Source of the DNA: Truepera sp.
Lineage (GTDB): Bacteria > Deinococcota > Deinococci > Deinococcales > Trueperaceae
Assembly (NCBI GenBank): GCA_965218435.1
Contig: CBDCKW010000009.1
Coordinates: 288,001-352,000, forward strand
Length of the DNA: 64,000 nucleotides
Reading direction: 5' to 3'
The stretch's first letter is position 1, and every line of letters starts with the position of its first letter. Made by a program: the position numbers and the translations under genes. The notes beneath the pieces are model-generated. The model saw nothing but the letters and a program-made list of their open reading frames with translations. It ran no database searches and was not told where the DNA came from. This document shows, piece by piece, positions 48,659 to 58,584 of this stretch.

Positions 48659-50518
48659 TTACAAACCCCCTAGCGCCTCCATCAATCTGTACTTACGTTT
48701 GTGCTTTTCGCGTATAGCCGCAATATAAGCCCGCCATTCGGTCTCTCGTCTGCTCGCACCATACGCCGTTTTCGCGTAGCCCAACCAATGTGCGGCGCTG
48801 TCGTAATGGTTTGAGCGGCCCCCGTCCATAATCGGCTCGGCCTTCCCGCGTGCAGTGGTGACGACCCACGGCGCGTGCGTGTCCATCACCGCGCTCATCA
48901 CCTTTTGCAGCAAAGTATCGTCGCTGGAAAACCTCGAGGCTATCCTCACCGCGTCAGCCGCCAAGCCTTCTTTTAGAAAAATATCCGCCGCCGCGTAGCG
49001 GTTCGGATAGTCCGCCTGCCGTAAACCTTCGAGGAGTTTCGCCTGAACGCGCGGCCAATCTGCGCCGACGAGCTTTTGCAACGCGTCGTAACGAGGCAAA
49101 CTCGCTGAGAGTTCAAACTCGATCAGGCTGGCGTCTAGCGTAGCTTGGTAGTTACTCAAACGGCTCGCCAAGTCTTTGGTAAACGAGGCGAGGGCGAGGC
49201 GGTCGCTTTGTCCATGATCTGTGCTGAGGAAACCTAACCCAAGCTCCCGCAAGCGGTCGTTTTGCACCGAACTGCGCTGAGTTGTACTTTGCGCTAAACC
49301 GTACTGCGCCACCTCTAGAGCTGCTTCAGGATGTGCGTCGGCGAGCCCTTGCGCTACCGAGAGCGCGTCTCGCTCGTTTTTAAGCTGCTCCCGGTACTCG
49401 CGCATGACCTGACTCAGTTTTCCCTGCTCCAGCAGCACGCCCAGATACCCCGCGCCCTGGCCGGTCGTTTTGGCAAACGCTAACGCCTCGTCGCTCCGGC
49501 CCGTTTCCCGCAGCACCCGCAGACGAATCTCTGAATACGCGTTACCGGGCTCGAGCCGCGCCACCTCAGCGAGCAGTTCTTCGGTCTCTTCGTCCCTGGT
49601 CTCAAAGCCCTGGGCCAGCGCGTGCGCCGCCATGCTGAGGCTCGGACTCGTCCATTCGTTGCCGATCTGGTCGTTCCAGGCGAAGACCTCGTAAAGCAGT
49701 CGTTTACGCTCGGCGTCGTTTAACGGTAGACCCAAAACGGCTTCGGTCAGACACTTGTCGAATTCGTCAAAAATTCCCTCGTCACTAAAGCCGATGTTGT
49801 CGTGCTCATTCATCTCGCTGCTGTTCACTTCGCTGATAAAGGTGTTGATCAGAGCACAAGTGAGCGCCAGCGCGTCCCGGTAAGCCGCGCGTTCTAAAAA
49901 CGGTTGGAGCTCTGCTATCACCCCGTAGGCTTCGTCATATTCGGGAAAGCCGTCCCAGTCTTGCCCCGCGCTGCGCACCGCCGTCTGCATCAGCTTTTCA
50001 AAAAGGTGAGTGTCTACCGTAATCTCAGCGGGAGGCGTGCTGTTCGGCTCCGGGTTGGAGACATGTTTGGCTTGGTTTTTACGGCCTAGTTGCGCTTTTT
50101 GCAGATAAAGCTCGAGTTCGTCACTCATCTCCGGGTGAAGCATCAGCAGGTGGTCTAACGCGCCGCGCAGGTCTTTTTCACCTAACGGTTCCAAGAGTTC
50201 GCCGACGCTGGCCTCGCTGACGATGTGTTCGGGCCAAAAGTAGTACTCGAGCGCCACCGCCGCGATATGTTTGCAAAGCTCGCCAAAGTTCTCGCCGTAA
50301 GGACAGGTGCAGTCGGCGTTCTCGAGGTCATCTTCAGAAAGCGTGAGCGTCACCCGGTAGGGCCGGTTATCGCTGCCCTGCACGCCCGCTGAAACCGTGT
50401 TGCTGCGCAGCGTGAGGTTCAAAACTTCGCCGCTCCGCTGATACTGTTGCCCGCGCTCAAAGATGTGCGGCGGGAAGTGCTCGCGGAGCCGTTGCAAGTT
50501 GAGGGTGGGCCGTTCCAT
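48659..50518 (-). CDS. SWIM zinc-finger protein with helical C-terminus
   Basis: CTCPY...LCKHIAA; V.GS...PY.V. Confidence 0.88.
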   Translation of the reverse strand: MERPTLNLQRLREHFPPHIFERGQQYQRSGEVLNLTLRSNTVSAGVQGSDNRPYRVTLTLSEDDLENADCTCPYGENFGELCKHIAAVALEYYFWPEHIVSEASVGELLEPLGEKDLRGALDHLLMLHPEMSDELELYLQKAQLGRKNQAKHVSNPEPNSTPPAEITVDTHLFEKLMQTAVRSAGQDWDGFPEYDEAYGVIAELQPFLERAAYRDALALTCALINTFISEVNSSEMNEHDNIGFSDEGIFDEFDKCLTEAVLGLPLNDAERKRLLYEVFAWNDQIGNEWTSPSLSMAAHALAQGFETRDEETEELLAEVARLEPGNAYSEIRLRVLRETGRSDEALAFAKTTGQGAGYLGVLLEQGKLSQVMREYREQLKNERDALSVAQGLADAHPEAALEVAQYGLAQSTTQRSSVQNDRLRELGLGFLSTDHGQSDRLALASFTKDLASRLSNYQATLDASLIEFELSASLPRYDALQKLVGADWPRVQAKLLEGLRQADYPNRYAAADIFLKEGLAADAVRIASRFSSDDTLLQKVMSAVMDTHAPWVVTTARGKAEPIMDGGRSNHYDSAAHWLGYAKTAYGASRRETEWRAYIAAIREKHKRKYRLMEALGGL

Positions 50519-50710
50519 GCCGTTAAGTTTAGTGGGCGTGATGACGAGCAGATGAGAGTAAGCGTTTTACTTTTTGCTCACCCTGTCGCTGCTAGTTCGG
50601 TACAGCTTGAAGCCGAGCAGGTCAACCTACCGCAGACTTATGGGCAACAGCTCGCTATTCCCTAACGTAAAGGCCGCTTAAGGTGAGCAGACAGGGTATA
50701 GTTCGCGGGT

Positions 50711-52285
50711 ATGGCGTACAAAGTCCTCGTTACAGATACGATTCAACTCGGCGATAAAACTTACGACAATATCCAGGTGGACTACCGCGAAGGGATTTCG
50801 CGGGCTGACCTGATAGAGATCGTTGGCGGCTACGACGCGATCATTACCCGGAGCCGCACGCAAGTAGATGACGCGCTGATTCGCGCTGCAAAGAGCCTCA
50901 AGGTCATCGGGCGGGGCGGCGTCGGGGTGGACAATATTGATTTGGAGGCCGCGTCGCGCCGAGGTATCTTGGTCTTAAACGCGCCCGAATCGAACAATGT
51001 GTCGGCGGCGGAGCTGGCCATTGCGCTGATGCTCGCGGCGGCGCGGGGTGTCAGCCGGTCGGACAAACAGATTCGTTCGGGGACCTGGGACCGCAAATTT
51101 TTGGGCCGTGAAGCGAAAGATGCGACGCTCGGGATCGTCGGGCTCGGGCGGATCGGGTCACTGGTCTCGAGGCGGGCGCAGGGGCTCGGGATGACGGTAT
51201 TAGCGTATGACCCGTATATCTCTCGGCAACGGGCCGCCGACCTCAAGGTCGAACTTATGGACGATTTAGGCGAGATGCTCTCGCGCTCGAACTTCGTCAC
51301 CGTGCATACCCCGCTGACCGAAGAGACGCAGGGCATCATCGGGGCGGCAGAGTTGGCGCGGCTGCCGCAGGATGCGGTGGTGGTGAACGCGGCGCGGGGC
51401 GGCATCATTGATGAGGCGGCCTTGCTCGAGGCCCTCACTGAAAAACGTCTCTTCGGGGCCGGGTTAGACGTGTATGTGCTCGAGCCCCCCTCACCCGACA
51501 ACCCCCTGTTAGCCCTCGATAACGTCGTCCTGACCGCACACTTAGGCGCAAACACCGCCGAAGCGCAAGCGCGGGTCGGTGCAGAGATTTTAGAACGCAC
51601 CGCGCTGGCTCTAAACGGTGACCTCTCGCGCGGCGCAGTCAACGCGCCCGCTTTAGCCCCCGATGTGATGGCGGTGCTGGGGCCGTACCTCAAACTCGGT
51701 GAGGCTTTGGGCAAGCTCGTGGCGCAGCTCTCGCTGGGCCGGATGCGCGAGTTGCAAATTGAGTTCTCCGGGACGTTTCCCCGTGACCCCGATCCGGTGG
51801 CGATTGCGGTTACCAAAGGGCTGTTAGAACCCATCTTGGACGAAGCGCCCAACTACATCAATGCGCCCTCGATTGCCAAAGAGCGCGACATCCGCGTCTC
51901 GAAAGTCACCGCGTCGCGGAGTCGCGGCTACACCTCGCACGTCCACGTCAAACTCACGACCGACGAGGGCAGTTTTAGTGTCGGCGGAACGGTTTTGGGG
52001 ACAGAACCGCGGATCGTCTCGGTTGACGATTACCCCATCGAACTGCGGCCCGAAGGGACGATGCTCATCTGCACGAACTACGACCGCCCCGGCGCAGTCG
52101 GTAAGGTCGGGACGGTTTTGGGGGACGCAGGTGTGAACATCTCCGGGATGCAGCTCTCGAGAGTTGGCGATGACGGCTTTGCGATCTTTGCGCTGGGTCT
52201 CGACCATGAGCCGCCGGAGAGTGTGTTAGAGGTGCTGCGCGGTCTGCCGAACGTCTTGGCGAGCCTGACGGTAGTAAGACTTTAA
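50711..52285 (+). CDS. serA: D-3-phosphoglycerate dehydrogenase with ASB and ACT domains
   Basis: GVGVDNID, GLGRIG, NAARGG, HLGA and DRPG motifs. Confidence 0.96.
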   Translation: MAYKVLVTDTIQLGDKTYDNIQVDYREGISRADLIEIVGGYDAIITRSRTQVDDALIRAAKSLKVIGRGGVGVDNIDLEAASRRGILVLNAPESNNVSAAELAIALMLAAARGVSRSDKQIRSGTWDRKFLGREAKDATLGIVGLGRIGSLVSRRAQGLGMTVLAYDPYISRQRAADLKVELMDDLGEMLSRSNFVTVHTPLTEETQGIIGAAELARLPQDAVVVNAARGGIIDEAALLEALTEKRLFGAGLDVYVLEPPSPDNPLLALDNVVLTAHLGANTAEAQARVGAEILERTALALNGDLSRGAVNAPALAPDVMAVLGPYLKLGEALGKLVAQLSLGRMRELQIEFSGTFPRDPDPVAIAVTKGLLEPILDEAPNYINAPSIAKERDIRVSKVTASRSRGYTSHVHVKLTTDEGSFSVGGTVLGTEPRIVSVDDYPIELRPEGTMLICTNYDRPGAVGKVGTVLGDAGVNISGMQLSRVGDDGFAIFALGLDHEPPESVLEVLRGLPNVLASLTVVRL

Positions 52286-52312
52286 TGGTGCGGCGCTGAT
52301 GGGTTTGAACTG

Positions 52313-52675
52313 ATGGAAGCGAGTTGCGTCAAAATCAAATTGAAACCGGGTTCACTGCTGCGCGTGCGTGAGTGGGCCAACTATATCAGCGCCCATGAAG
52401 CTGAGGCGTTAGCAACCCTTGCAGGTGAAAGTATCGTGCTCGAGTCGTTCTTTTTAGATTCGTCCGAGCATGGGGATTATCTGATCGGGTACATCCGGGC
52501 CGGAAATCTGGGCCAAGCTGCGGAAGCTGCGAAGGTGTCAACGCACGACGCTGACGCGTATCATCAAGCGTTTCAACAGGAAACCTGGGAAGCGGGCGAG
52601 AGGCTCGAGCTGCTCGTTGACCTTAGCCGTGTTGACCTTAGCCGTGTTGACCTTAGCCGTTTGGGGGAGAACTGA
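52313..52675 (+). CDS. DUF6176-like small protein
   Basis: EALATL..E....ES.FL, DYLI.Y and H..DAYH motifs; coupled to next gene. Confidence 0.65.
   Translation: MEASCVKIKLKPGSLLRVREWANYISAHEAEALATLAGESIVLESFFLDSSEHGDYLIGYIRAGNLGQAAEAAKVSTHDADAYHQAFQQETWEAGERLELLVDLSRVDLSRVDLSRLGEN
52616..52660 (+). repeat. Perfect 15-bp tandem repeat, 3 units (encodes VDLSR x3)
   Basis: gttgaccttagccgt x3. Confidence 0.95.
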
Positions 52676-53807
52676 TGTTTAAGCCCCGCCTTTACGCTCC
52701 CGGCCCCGTCGAGGTGCCGCCGCAGGTTTTAGAAGCTGTTTCGCGTCCGGTCGTGCATCACCGCACCCCTGAGTTTAAGGAACTCTTTTTACGGACTCGA
52801 GCCAAACTCGCCGAAGTCGCGTGCGTTCCCCGTGACGATGTACTGATCCTGACGGCAAGCGGCACCGCCGGGTTCGAGGCTGGCCTGCTCGCGTGTGTCC
52901 CTAAAGGTGCGAAGGTCGCGGGCATCAACGCCGGTAAGTTCGGCGAACGCTGGGTGAAACTGGCGCGGCACTACGGCTTTGAGGTCGCTGAGCTGACCCT
53001 GCCGTGGGGACAAGCCGCCGACCCCGAAGCGGTACAGGCTTTTTTGCAAGCTCATCCGGACGTTGCCGCTGTGCTGACGGCGCACTCGGAAACCTCGACG
53101 GGTGTGCTGCACGACGTTCAAGCGATAGCCGCAGTCGTCAAAGAAACGGTGCCGGACGCACTCTTTTTAGTTGATACGGTTACAAGTTTGGGCGTGTCCG
53201 AGTTGCGGCCGAAAGATTGGGGTTTGGACGGAATATTCTCCGGCAGTCAAAAGGGCCTGATGACCCCGCCGGGGCTCGCGTTCGCGTGGCTGTCCGAGCG
53301 GGCGTGGGCACGGTCTGAGAACTTGTTGCCGACCTTTTATCTGGATTTGCGTAAAGAACGCCTTCAGCAGCGCGTGGGACAGACGGCCTATACGCCTGCA
53401 GTGGGGTTAGTGGCGGGGCTCGAGGTCGCTCTCGAGATGCTCTTAGCAGAGGGATTAGAAAACGTTTGGAGACGGCGTGAAACGCTCAACCGTGCCGTGT
53501 TAGTCGGGGCCGCCGCGCTCGGCTGCAACCCCTACGCGGAGCGTCCGAGTGCCGCGACAGCCGCGCTCTACGCCCCTGAAGGTGTCGCTGCGCCCGAGAT
53601 TGTCAAGGCTTTAGTGCGCGTGGAATGCGGATTGCGGGGGGTCAAGACGACGCCAAACCGGTGCTCTTTCGCCCCTCGGTCATGGGGTACGCCGACCGTT
53701 ACGACGCGCTTGTCATCGTCGCGGCGCTCGAGGAGATTTTGCGTGAGTTGGGGCAAGACGTATCACCGGGCCGAGGTTTGACAGCGGCGCTGAATGTCCT
53801 CGGTTAG
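52675..53807 (+). CDS. Class V aminotransferase (AGT/SerC-like), frameshifted near 53615
   Basis: PGPV, SGT, HSETSTG and GSQKGLM.PPG motifs; conserved tail MRIAGGQD..K..LFR continues in ORF 53625..53807. Confidence 0.88.
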
Positions 53808-53822
53808 CTGCAAGGTAAAGCG

Positions 53823-54386
53823 GTGAGCCAGCTTTTACTCGTCAGACACGCACAACCTGAGATTCAGCCGGATGTGCCTAGTAACCGCTGGGCGCTTAAC
53901 GGGCAGGGGCGACAACAGGCGGTGCATACCGCTGAACAACTCCGGGCGTATCGCCCTGAAATCATCATCACCAGTGAGGAACCCAAAGCTGTTGAAACCG
54001 GTAAAATTATTGCTGACGCTTTGGACTTGTCTTGCCGCAGCGCCCCCGGCCTACACGAACACGACCGCACCGGCGTCCCGTTTTTCGATGATATAGCGGA
54101 GTTTGAAGCGGCGGTTAAAAGGTTTTTTGAAAACTCGGCTGAGCAGGTATTCGGCGGTGAGAGCGCCGACGATACGAAACAGCGGTTTGTCGGAGCGGTT
54201 CAAGAGGTGCTCGAGGCTTACCCTACCCAAACTGTTGCCATCGTTGCACACGGTACGGTCAATACGCTTTTTGCCCAGGCGTTTAACCCGGTAAGTCCGT
54301 TTGAGCTGTGGCAGACGTGGCCGCTAGCCGGGTACGCGGTCTTATCGCGTCCTGAGTTTGAGCTGAGCAGGCCCCCTGACGCGTAA
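53823..54386 (+). CDS. Histidine phosphatase (dPGM-like) family protein
   Basis: LVRHA, L.EH, GES and VAHG motifs. Confidence 0.88.
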   Translation: MSQLLLVRHAQPEIQPDVPSNRWALNGQGRQQAVHTAEQLRAYRPEIIITSEEPKAVETGKIIADALDLSCRSAPGLHEHDRTGVPFFDDIAEFEAAVKRFFENSAEQVFGGESADDTKQRFVGAVQEVLEAYPTQTVAIVAHGTVNTLFAQAFNPVSPFELWQTWPLAGYAVLSRPEFELSRPPDA

Positions 54387-54398
54387 TATGCTGAGAAC

Positions 54399-54941
54399 GT
54401 GAGTGTCATCAAGGCTGTCTTTTTCGATTCAGGCGACACCTTAGTTGATGAAGGTCAGGAGGTCACCAAAGAGGGCGTCGTCGCCGCCGCCGAGCTGATA
54501 GACGGCGCGGCGGCAACCGTTCGGGCAGTTAAGGCGTTGGGTTACCCGCTGGCGCTCGTGGCCGACGGCTTAGTCGCCAGTTTCAAAAATGTGCTGGGTC
54601 ACTATGGGCTTTTCGAGCTGTTTGACGCGGTGGCCATTTCCGAAACGCTGGGCGTAGAAAAACCTCATCCAAAGATGTTTCAGTACGCGCTCTCGCAACT
54701 GGGAATTCAAAAGAACGACTACAAAAACGTTTTGATGGTCGGTAACTATCTGGCACGGGACATTGCGGGGGCGAATGCACTGGGTTTGACAAGTGTCTGG
54801 CTCGACTGGTCGCCGCGCCGCCCCAAAGTGCCGCAGAGTCAGCTCGAGGTTCCCAACTACACCATTCACGAACCTTTGGAGTTGCTCGAGGTGATTGCCG
54901 CTATTGAAGCCCGTAGAGACTCGCAATTTAAGATGCAATGA
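54399..54941 (+). CDS. HAD-superfamily hydrolase
   Basis: FDSGDTL, EKPHP and VGN..RDI.GA motifs. Confidence 0.88.
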   Translation: MSVIKAVFFDSGDTLVDEGQEVTKEGVVAAAELIDGAAATVRAVKALGYPLALVADGLVASFKNVLGHYGLFELFDAVAISETLGVEKPHPKMFQYALSQLGIQKNDYKNVLMVGNYLARDIAGANALGLTSVWLDWSPRRPKVPQSQLEVPNYTIHEPLELLEVIAAIEARRDSQFKMQ

Positions 54942-55659
54942 CAACCATGTGCGGCGCGTGGGCGTAAAACCGGCTCCGGTCAAAGTCGCCATAAATTTGA
55001 ATATGGGTAAAGCCGTTTTGTAAGAGGGCGCGCTCGAGTTCAAACCGGTAGAAATACCGCTGCGTCAGGGTGCTGCGTTGTCGCCGCAACATCCCGGTTG
55101 CGTCTGTTCGATCCAAAAAATAGCGCGTCGTAAGGGTCTGGGTATCCGAGTCGTGGGTTTGGAGTAACAACAGGTCAGTATCGCGGTCTAAATGGCTCCA
55201 TTCGGGCTCGAGCCGCAAGACATTGAGCTCGTTGAAGTTGGGCGTGTAGAGGTCAAAAGCGAAGCGTCCGCCCGGTGCCAGGTGCGCTCTGACCGTCTGC
55301 AACGCTGTGTCTTGGTCGGACAAGGTGTAGAGGTGCATCAATGTGTTAAAGGGAGCGATGATGAGGGGAAACTGCCGTTCTAGGCGTGCTGTTCTCATAT
55401 CGCCCTGGACATAGGTGACGTTCTTCAGGTTCGCTTCTGCCAGACGCTTTTGACCGCGCCGGATCATTTTAGAGGAGGGCTCGAGCGCCACCACCTCATG
55501 CCCAGCCCGTGCGAGCGCCGCTGAAACGCGGGCCGTGCCTGCGCCGAGTTCAAGCACCGGGCCGCCGTAATCATCTGCTAAACGGGTGTAAAAGGGGAGG
55601 TCGTCGCGGTAGTGCCGGTACTGGAGGTCATACAGCTCGGCTAAAGAGTCATAATTCAT
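54928..55659 (-). CDS. Class I SAM-dependent methyltransferase
   Basis: VLELGAGTAR, GDMR and HLAPGGRF motifs. Confidence 0.9.
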   Translation of the reverse strand: MNYDSLAELYDLQYRHYRDDLPFYTRLADDYGGPVLELGAGTARVSAALARAGHEVVALEPSSKMIRRGQKRLAEANLKNVTYVQGDMRTARLERQFPLIIAPFNTLMHLYTLSDQDTALQTVRAHLAPGGRFAFDLYTPNFNELNVLRLEPEWSHLDRDTDLLLLQTHDSDTQTLTTRYFLDRTDATGMLRRQRSTLTQRYFYRFELERALLQNGFTHIQIYGDFDRSRFYAHAPHMVVIAS

Positions 55660-55687
55660 ACCGGGTTCATACCGGGTTCACACCGGC
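55655..55687. repeat. 11-bp tandem repeat, 3 units, spanning a gene junction
   Basis: ttcataccggg/ttcataccggg/ttcacaccggc. Confidence 0.8.
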
Positions 55688-57321
55688 ACGCGGGTCAGGT
55701 CGGTGAGGTGACCGCGCCTCAGCCGTAAAACCCGCTCGGCGGCCTCGGCCAACGCCGGACGGTGGGCGACGACGATCACGAGCCGCGTTTTTGCCTGCGC
55801 CTTAAGCACCTCGACGAGGACGCGTTCACTCTCAGCGTCTAAGCTGGCGCTCGGTTCGTCTAAGAGCAGCACGTCGGGGTCACGGAGGAGAGCCCTGGCG
55901 ACGCTCAGCCGCTGCCGTTGTCCTCCTGAAAGCCCTGCACCACTCTCCGCGAGCACCGCGTCCAAACCGCGTTCCCGAACGGTCTCAGCTAGTCCGACGG
56001 CTTGCAGTGCAGTCCAAAGCGCCTCGTCGGGGAAAGGTTCGCCGAGCGTCAGATTGTCGCGTAGCGAGGCGCGAAAGAGGAGGGTGTCTTGTGGGACGTA
56101 AGCGAGGCGGTGCTGACGTTCGGTTGGCGGATAACGTGACAGGTCGGTTCCGGCCAGTGTGACGGTGCCAGTCGTCGGCGTCAGCAAACCTAAGAGCAGC
56201 TTTAAGAGCGTCGTCTTGCCGCCGCCGCTCGGCCCGGTCAGGGCGATAAGGGCGGGGCCGATCAGTTCTAAAGTAAGGTTATCTAAAACGGTTTCATGGT
56301 CGTGTCTGAAGGTGACGCTCGAGAGCCTCATCACCGGGGAGCGTGGGGGCGGAGGCTCGAGCGGGGGCAGCGCCGTTTTAGGTTCAGTATCATGCAGTTC
56401 CAACAGCCGTGACGCGCCCGCCCGTGCGCTCTGCAGATGCGCGTAAGCTCTCGGTAAAAGCTGGGCGGGCGTTGACAAGAGCGCCAAAAGCGTGACGAAC
56501 GCGCCGACTTCGCCTAAGCTCATCGCACCGTTTTGCACACTCCGGGTGAGGTACAACAGAAGTCCGGCGAGGGCCGCAAAACCCAGAGCTTGTGCGAGGG
56601 GTGTTTGCAGCGCGGCCCAACGAGTACGGCTCGCCTGTGCGTGCGCCGCGCCGAGGTTCGCCGCTTCAAAACGTCCGAGTAGAAACTTTTCTAACCCAAA
56701 TGTTCGCACGACCTCGAGCTGCGCGAGCCCTTCTTGCAGATGGGCGCTGGTCTCTTCTAACATCCCCTGCGTCTGCAAACTCCGCCGCCGGATAAACCCG
56801 CCCGCCCACACGAGCGCCCCCGCCAGCGGCAGCGAGAGGGCGAGCAACAGGAGCGTCGCGCCGGGGTTGACGTAGAGCAGGTACGCAAAACTCAGCGCGA
56901 GGGTGAGCGATTCGGCGATGAAGGTACCAAGACCGACCTGAATAAAAGCCTCGACCTGCGACAAATCAGCTAAGACGCGCCCGGTCAGGCCGCCGCTGGT
57001 TTTTTGCGCACTGCGTTCCGTCTGACCCAGTAAGATGCGGTAGAGTCCCCGCCGCCACGCCGCCGCTACACGCGCCGCGAGGGTGCCGAACAGTGCATCT
57101 TGTGCCCAGAGTGCGATAGCCCCGAGCAGCAGTACGCCGCCGCCGAGCCAGAGCACGCGTGCTAAGGCGTCAAAGTTGCCGCGGACAAATACCTGATCCA
57201 ACAGCGGCTGGACCAAGAGCGGCGCCACGGCGACCCGGACGAGCGCGTTGACTGCAGCGGCGAGTGCGCCCCAGAGGGTCAGCGCCGTGCGCGGGAAGAG
57301 CAGGTTGGGCAGCGTTGCCAC
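55678..57321 (-). CDS. MsbA-like ABC exporter (TMD+NBD)
   Basis: N-terminal TMD; GPSGGGKT, LSGGQRQR and LLLDE motifs; position after lpxB. Confidence 0.85.
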   Translation of the reverse strand: MATLPNLLFPRTALTLWGALAAAVNALVRVAVAPLLVQPLLDQVFVRGNFDALARVLWLGGGVLLLGAIALWAQDALFGTLAARVAAAWRRGLYRILLGQTERSAQKTSGGLTGRVLADLSQVEAFIQVGLGTFIAESLTLALSFAYLLYVNPGATLLLLALSLPLAGALVWAGGFIRRRSLQTQGMLEETSAHLQEGLAQLEVVRTFGLEKFLLGRFEAANLGAAHAQASRTRWAALQTPLAQALGFAALAGLLLYLTRSVQNGAMSLGEVGAFVTLLALLSTPAQLLPRAYAHLQSARAGASRLLELHDTEPKTALPPLEPPPPRSPVMRLSSVTFRHDHETVLDNLTLELIGPALIALTGPSGGGKTTLLKLLLGLLTPTTGTVTLAGTDLSRYPPTERQHRLAYVPQDTLLFRASLRDNLTLGEPFPDEALWTALQAVGLAETVRERGLDAVLAESGAGLSGGQRQRLSVARALLRDPDVLLLDEPSASLDAESERVLVEVLKAQAKTRLVIVVAHRPALAEAAERVLRLRRGHLTDLTRVPV

Positions 57322-57325
57322 GAGG

Positions 57326-58558
57326 TTATTCTAAAAGGTGGGCGACGAGTTTCGCGGCGGCACCCGGTTTGGGCATGGTCCCCAGCAGCCTCATACGCCG
57401 CCGGTTGCGTTCGGGTTCGTCCTCGAGCAACCTCAGAACTTCACTCAACACGCCTTGCAGCGTCAGCGTGCCTTTAAGCTCCACCATTAGCGTTTCGCCG
57501 CTCAGGTTGTTCGGCAAACTGACCGGCAGGTGCGGCGCGGCCAAGAGCACCGCGCGGCGTTTTAAGCTGGGGCCGACGAGCGGCAAGAGTGAGAGCCAGT
57601 GTCCGGGACCCTCGAGCGGGATCACTTCGGGTTTGTTGAGGGGTAAAAGCACCACCGACGGGACGCCCGCGATGCCAAGTTCTAAGGTGTTGGTACCGGG
57701 AATCGTTACGGCGAGGTCGGCAGCCCGCATATGGGCGTAACGGGTGGACTCGGGGATGAGCTCGAGCCTCGCCCCACCCGGCGTAAAGACCACGTTTTCA
57801 TCCCTTTTTCCGGCAATCCCCCCCAGCGTGTCTTTTTCAGCCCCGGCAATGCCCTGCGCTAAAGCCTCTTCGCTCAGCAACCGGCTGACCGGCCAGACGA
57901 AGCGGGCGTCTGGGTAGTGCGTATAGAGGGCGTCGGCGAGCGCCAGCATAAACGGAATGATGTGAACGGCGAAACCGTCTCTCGAGCCGCACATCATCAC
58001 GATATGGGGTGAACCGGGCTCTGCTACCGGTTCGCTCAGCTCAACCGCGTCGGCCACGAGGTTACCGACGATTTCCGTGCGGCTTCCCGGCGCACCCAAA
58101 AGCCGCGCCCGCTGTGCGGTACGCGGCGAGTCCACAAAGAGCGCCTGCAGTTTGGTGTGCCAGTACGGGACGAACGAGTAGCGGTAAGCCGGGGCGCGCA
58201 GCCGCGCTGCAAGTTGCAAGGCCAACCCCGCGCTGCCGCCGAGCCCAAGGAGCGCGGCTGCCCCCTGATGTGCTACCGGGCCAAACGCCGACCGGTTGCC
58301 CGCCAGCAAGCCCAAAAAATCTTTCGGACTTGTGACTCTGTCGGCTCCAAAGGTCTCGGCGATCTTCGTTTCGTGGCCGCTGGCAAATTGACACGGAATC
58401 AGGCTGATACTCACGCGCCGCTCGGGGGCCTGCCGCCGCAGTTCAGCGAGGACCGGGCGCACCCAGGTGTAGAGTTCGCCGGGGCCGTTACTGACTAATA
58501 CGATGTCGTTCGCAGTGTTGTTCTCGGTATTGTTCACAGTGTCGTGAGAGGTCACCAT
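57326..58558 (-). CDS. lpxB: Lipid-A-disaccharide synthase-like GT-B glycosyltransferase
   Basis: SNGPGE N-terminal motif (cyanobacterial/Negativicutes type), GSR, PGTNTLEL and SLPN motifs. Confidence 0.72.
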   Translation of the reverse strand: MVTSHDTVNNTENNTANDIVLVSNGPGELYTWVRPVLAELRRQAPERRVSISLIPCQFASGHETKIAETFGADRVTSPKDFLGLLAGNRSAFGPVAHQGAAALLGLGGSAGLALQLAARLRAPAYRYSFVPYWHTKLQALFVDSPRTAQRARLLGAPGSRTEIVGNLVADAVELSEPVAEPGSPHIVMMCGSRDGFAVHIIPFMLALADALYTHYPDARFVWPVSRLLSEEALAQGIAGAEKDTLGGIAGKRDENVVFTPGGARLELIPESTRYAHMRAADLAVTIPGTNTLELGIAGVPSVVLLPLNKPEVIPLEGPGHWLSLLPLVGPSLKRRAVLLAAPHLPVSLPNNLSGETLMVELKGTLTLQGVLSEVLRLLEDEPERNRRRMRLLGTMPKPGAAAKLVAHLLE

Positions 58559-58584
58559 ACAGCTACCATATAGTTGTCACAGGC

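Noticed and set aside
48659..50518. SWIM protein as part of a SWIM-SNF2 or defence system
   Set aside because: No SNF2 helicase, nuclease or other partner adjacent
50830..51852. 340-aa antisense ORF over serA, and similar shadow ORFs over pdp, permeases and lpxD
   Set aside because: Expected antisense open frames in GC-rich coding DNA; no protein motifs
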